DNA of 62,925 nt, counting the filler, from Reclinomonas americana ATCC 50394 (Eukaryota): NCBI GenBank assembly GCA_048213135.1. It is 4 parts of 3 records of this genome, joined end to end, with 100 filler letters (N's around TTAATTAATTAA, not from the genome) between each part and the next. Parts side by side here need not be neighbours in the genome. Positions count along the whole stretch, not along the records: positions 61,396 to 62,925 come from PS015136.1; 3 more parts are not named here. One strand, written 5' to 3'. Of the stretch, positions 61,573-62,925 are shown piece after piece. Numbering within the stretch: the first letter of the stretch is position 1; every line of letters begins with the position of its first letter. The position numbers were made by a program, and so were the translations under genes. The notes under the pieces were generated by a model, which worked only from the letters and a program-made list of their open reading frames with translations, did not search any database and had not been told where the DNA came from.

Positions 61573-62925
61573 CTACTCGCTCGCCGCAGCTGGTGCCGCC
61601 GCCGCCGACGACGCGCCTCCACTCGCCAAATTCGCATTGTACTGCACAAGCACACACACACACACGTGTAAGTCTACAAGTGGTGGCTGCACTCGCGCAG
61701 CAAGCACCGACCTCCTCCATGCGCTTGAGGAATTCCGTGGCGTCGTTCACCCACTCGGTGGCGCCCGCCTCCGCCGCCGCCGCCTTCACCTCGCGCATGC
61801 TCTTTAGCGTCTCGGCGCCCACTGCAGTGTTCTCCGCCTGCGCCTTGGCAAACATGATGCGGCACATGGACATGCGGGCGTGGATCAAGTGCGGCGACGT
61901 GTACGAGGTGCCGATGCGCGTGCGAACGGCAATCGCGTTGTGCAACTGGCCCAGCCGTCAGTACGTAAGTCAGTCACGACACACACACCCGCATGCACTC
62001 ACCGCTCTCTCGCCCTCCTCACTCCACACAGTGTAGGCGCGCGTCAGCACGTTGCTGAGTGTGAGCATGACCATGGCGGCCAGCTCCGACGACTCCATCG
62101 ACTGCGACCGCAAAATGCGCTGCACACTTCTCAGTTCATGCTCCGCCTCGTCCCACCGCTCCAGCAGCACCAGCACGGCGGCATAGTCTGTGCCAATTAA
62201 GTGAGGGAGTGCACGATACCAAAGAGTCTTTTTTCCACGTGTGCCTCACCGTGGCGAATCGAAGTCTCCAGCTGACCAATCTGTGGAGGGCAAGGATGAG
62301 CACCGCGGTGATACACAAACAGGACGAGGATTACAAACCGCCGTCGAGGTCAGTGCCGACTTGGAGATGCCGCTCGCAAAGCTGCGGCTGCTGTTGCGCG
62401 CCGCTTGCGCCAGCAATCGTAGCGATTCTTGCAGCTCCTTGGCCGCTGCACCCTACGGTGAGAAACCACACACACAGAGAGAGAGAGAGAAGTAAAGGGA
62501 GGATGACAGACTATGCATCAACGCACCATCCTCGTACTTTTCCAAATGAGCAAGAGTGCCGCCCAGCTCAAAGTGCACATTCACCAACACATCGCCGAAG
62601 CGATCGGCCAGAGGATCCGCCAGGATCTGGCGCAGCATCGCTTCCACCTGCCACAGCCAGAGTGAGACCCTCACTCCTGCTCCATTCCATGCGCATCCCA
62701 TCGACTCACCTCCTCGTGCCTATCCAGTCTCTTCAAGGCGTGCGCCAATCGGAACCGCGCCTCACGCACATCATCGAGCGACTCGAGTCGCTCCGCCTGA
62801 TCCATGAACAGCTGGGCTCGTCTGGCGAGCTCCTCGTCCGCACGCAGCGTCGCTTGCGCACACTGCGCCAGGCGCTCGTACCTCAACTGCTCATGATCCC
62901 ACGCACCGCCGCACTCGCGCTCCTT
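61573..62925 (-). CDS. Alpha-helical (TPR-like) repeat protein, 3' part
   Basis: Exons EARFRLAHALKRLDRHEE|VEAMLRQIL...VHFELGGTLAHLEKYED|...DYAAVLVLLERWDEAEHELR...|...FLKRMEE|YNANLAS...SE*. TPR-like helix pairs. The start lies beyond the window. Confidence 0.6.

Noticed and set aside
1-62925. Alternative genetic code or stop-codon readthrough to explain fragmented ORFs
   Set aside because: The interruptions I traced in conserved genes are resolved by introns. TAA, TAG and TGA all appear as terminal stops.

Overview
Intron-rich, gene-dense eukaryotic (protist-like) genomic DNA read in the standard code. The window joins four draft scaffolds with N-padded TTAATTAATTAA linkers (29785, 58885, 61340) and has many internal gaps. 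At least three small contigs appear inverted. All gene models were spliced by hand. Scaffold 1: 5' end of eIF4A; a tandem array of three paralogues with the architecture TPR repeats - coiled coil - RLK/Pelle/IRAK-like kinase - RING; an Eaf7/MRGBP-like gene; a DDHD phospholipase; a BLTP3/UHRF1BP1-like chorein-N lipid-transfer gene. Scaffold 2: MAP2K-like kinase, a giant coiled-coil gene, CWF19L1, FAM210-like, TRM6, TRM5, MTHFS, an unknown ORF, LMBR1-like and a secreted EGF-repeat protein. Scaffolds 3-4: partial NEK kinase and a partial helical-repeat protein. Main points of interest: (1) the TPR-CC-kinase-RING array looks like an intracellular receptor family with a variable sensor and a conserved output; (2) unusual splicing: tandem 4-nt microexons just before the kinase HRD motif, a very common GTTGCGT/GTTGAGT donor class, a U12 AT-AC intron, a likely GC-AG intron, and long introns with purine-rich 5' and pyrimidine-rich 3' halves; (3) very short co-directional intergenic gaps (TRM6-TRM5, 38 nt). 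The organism cannot be identified from this window.
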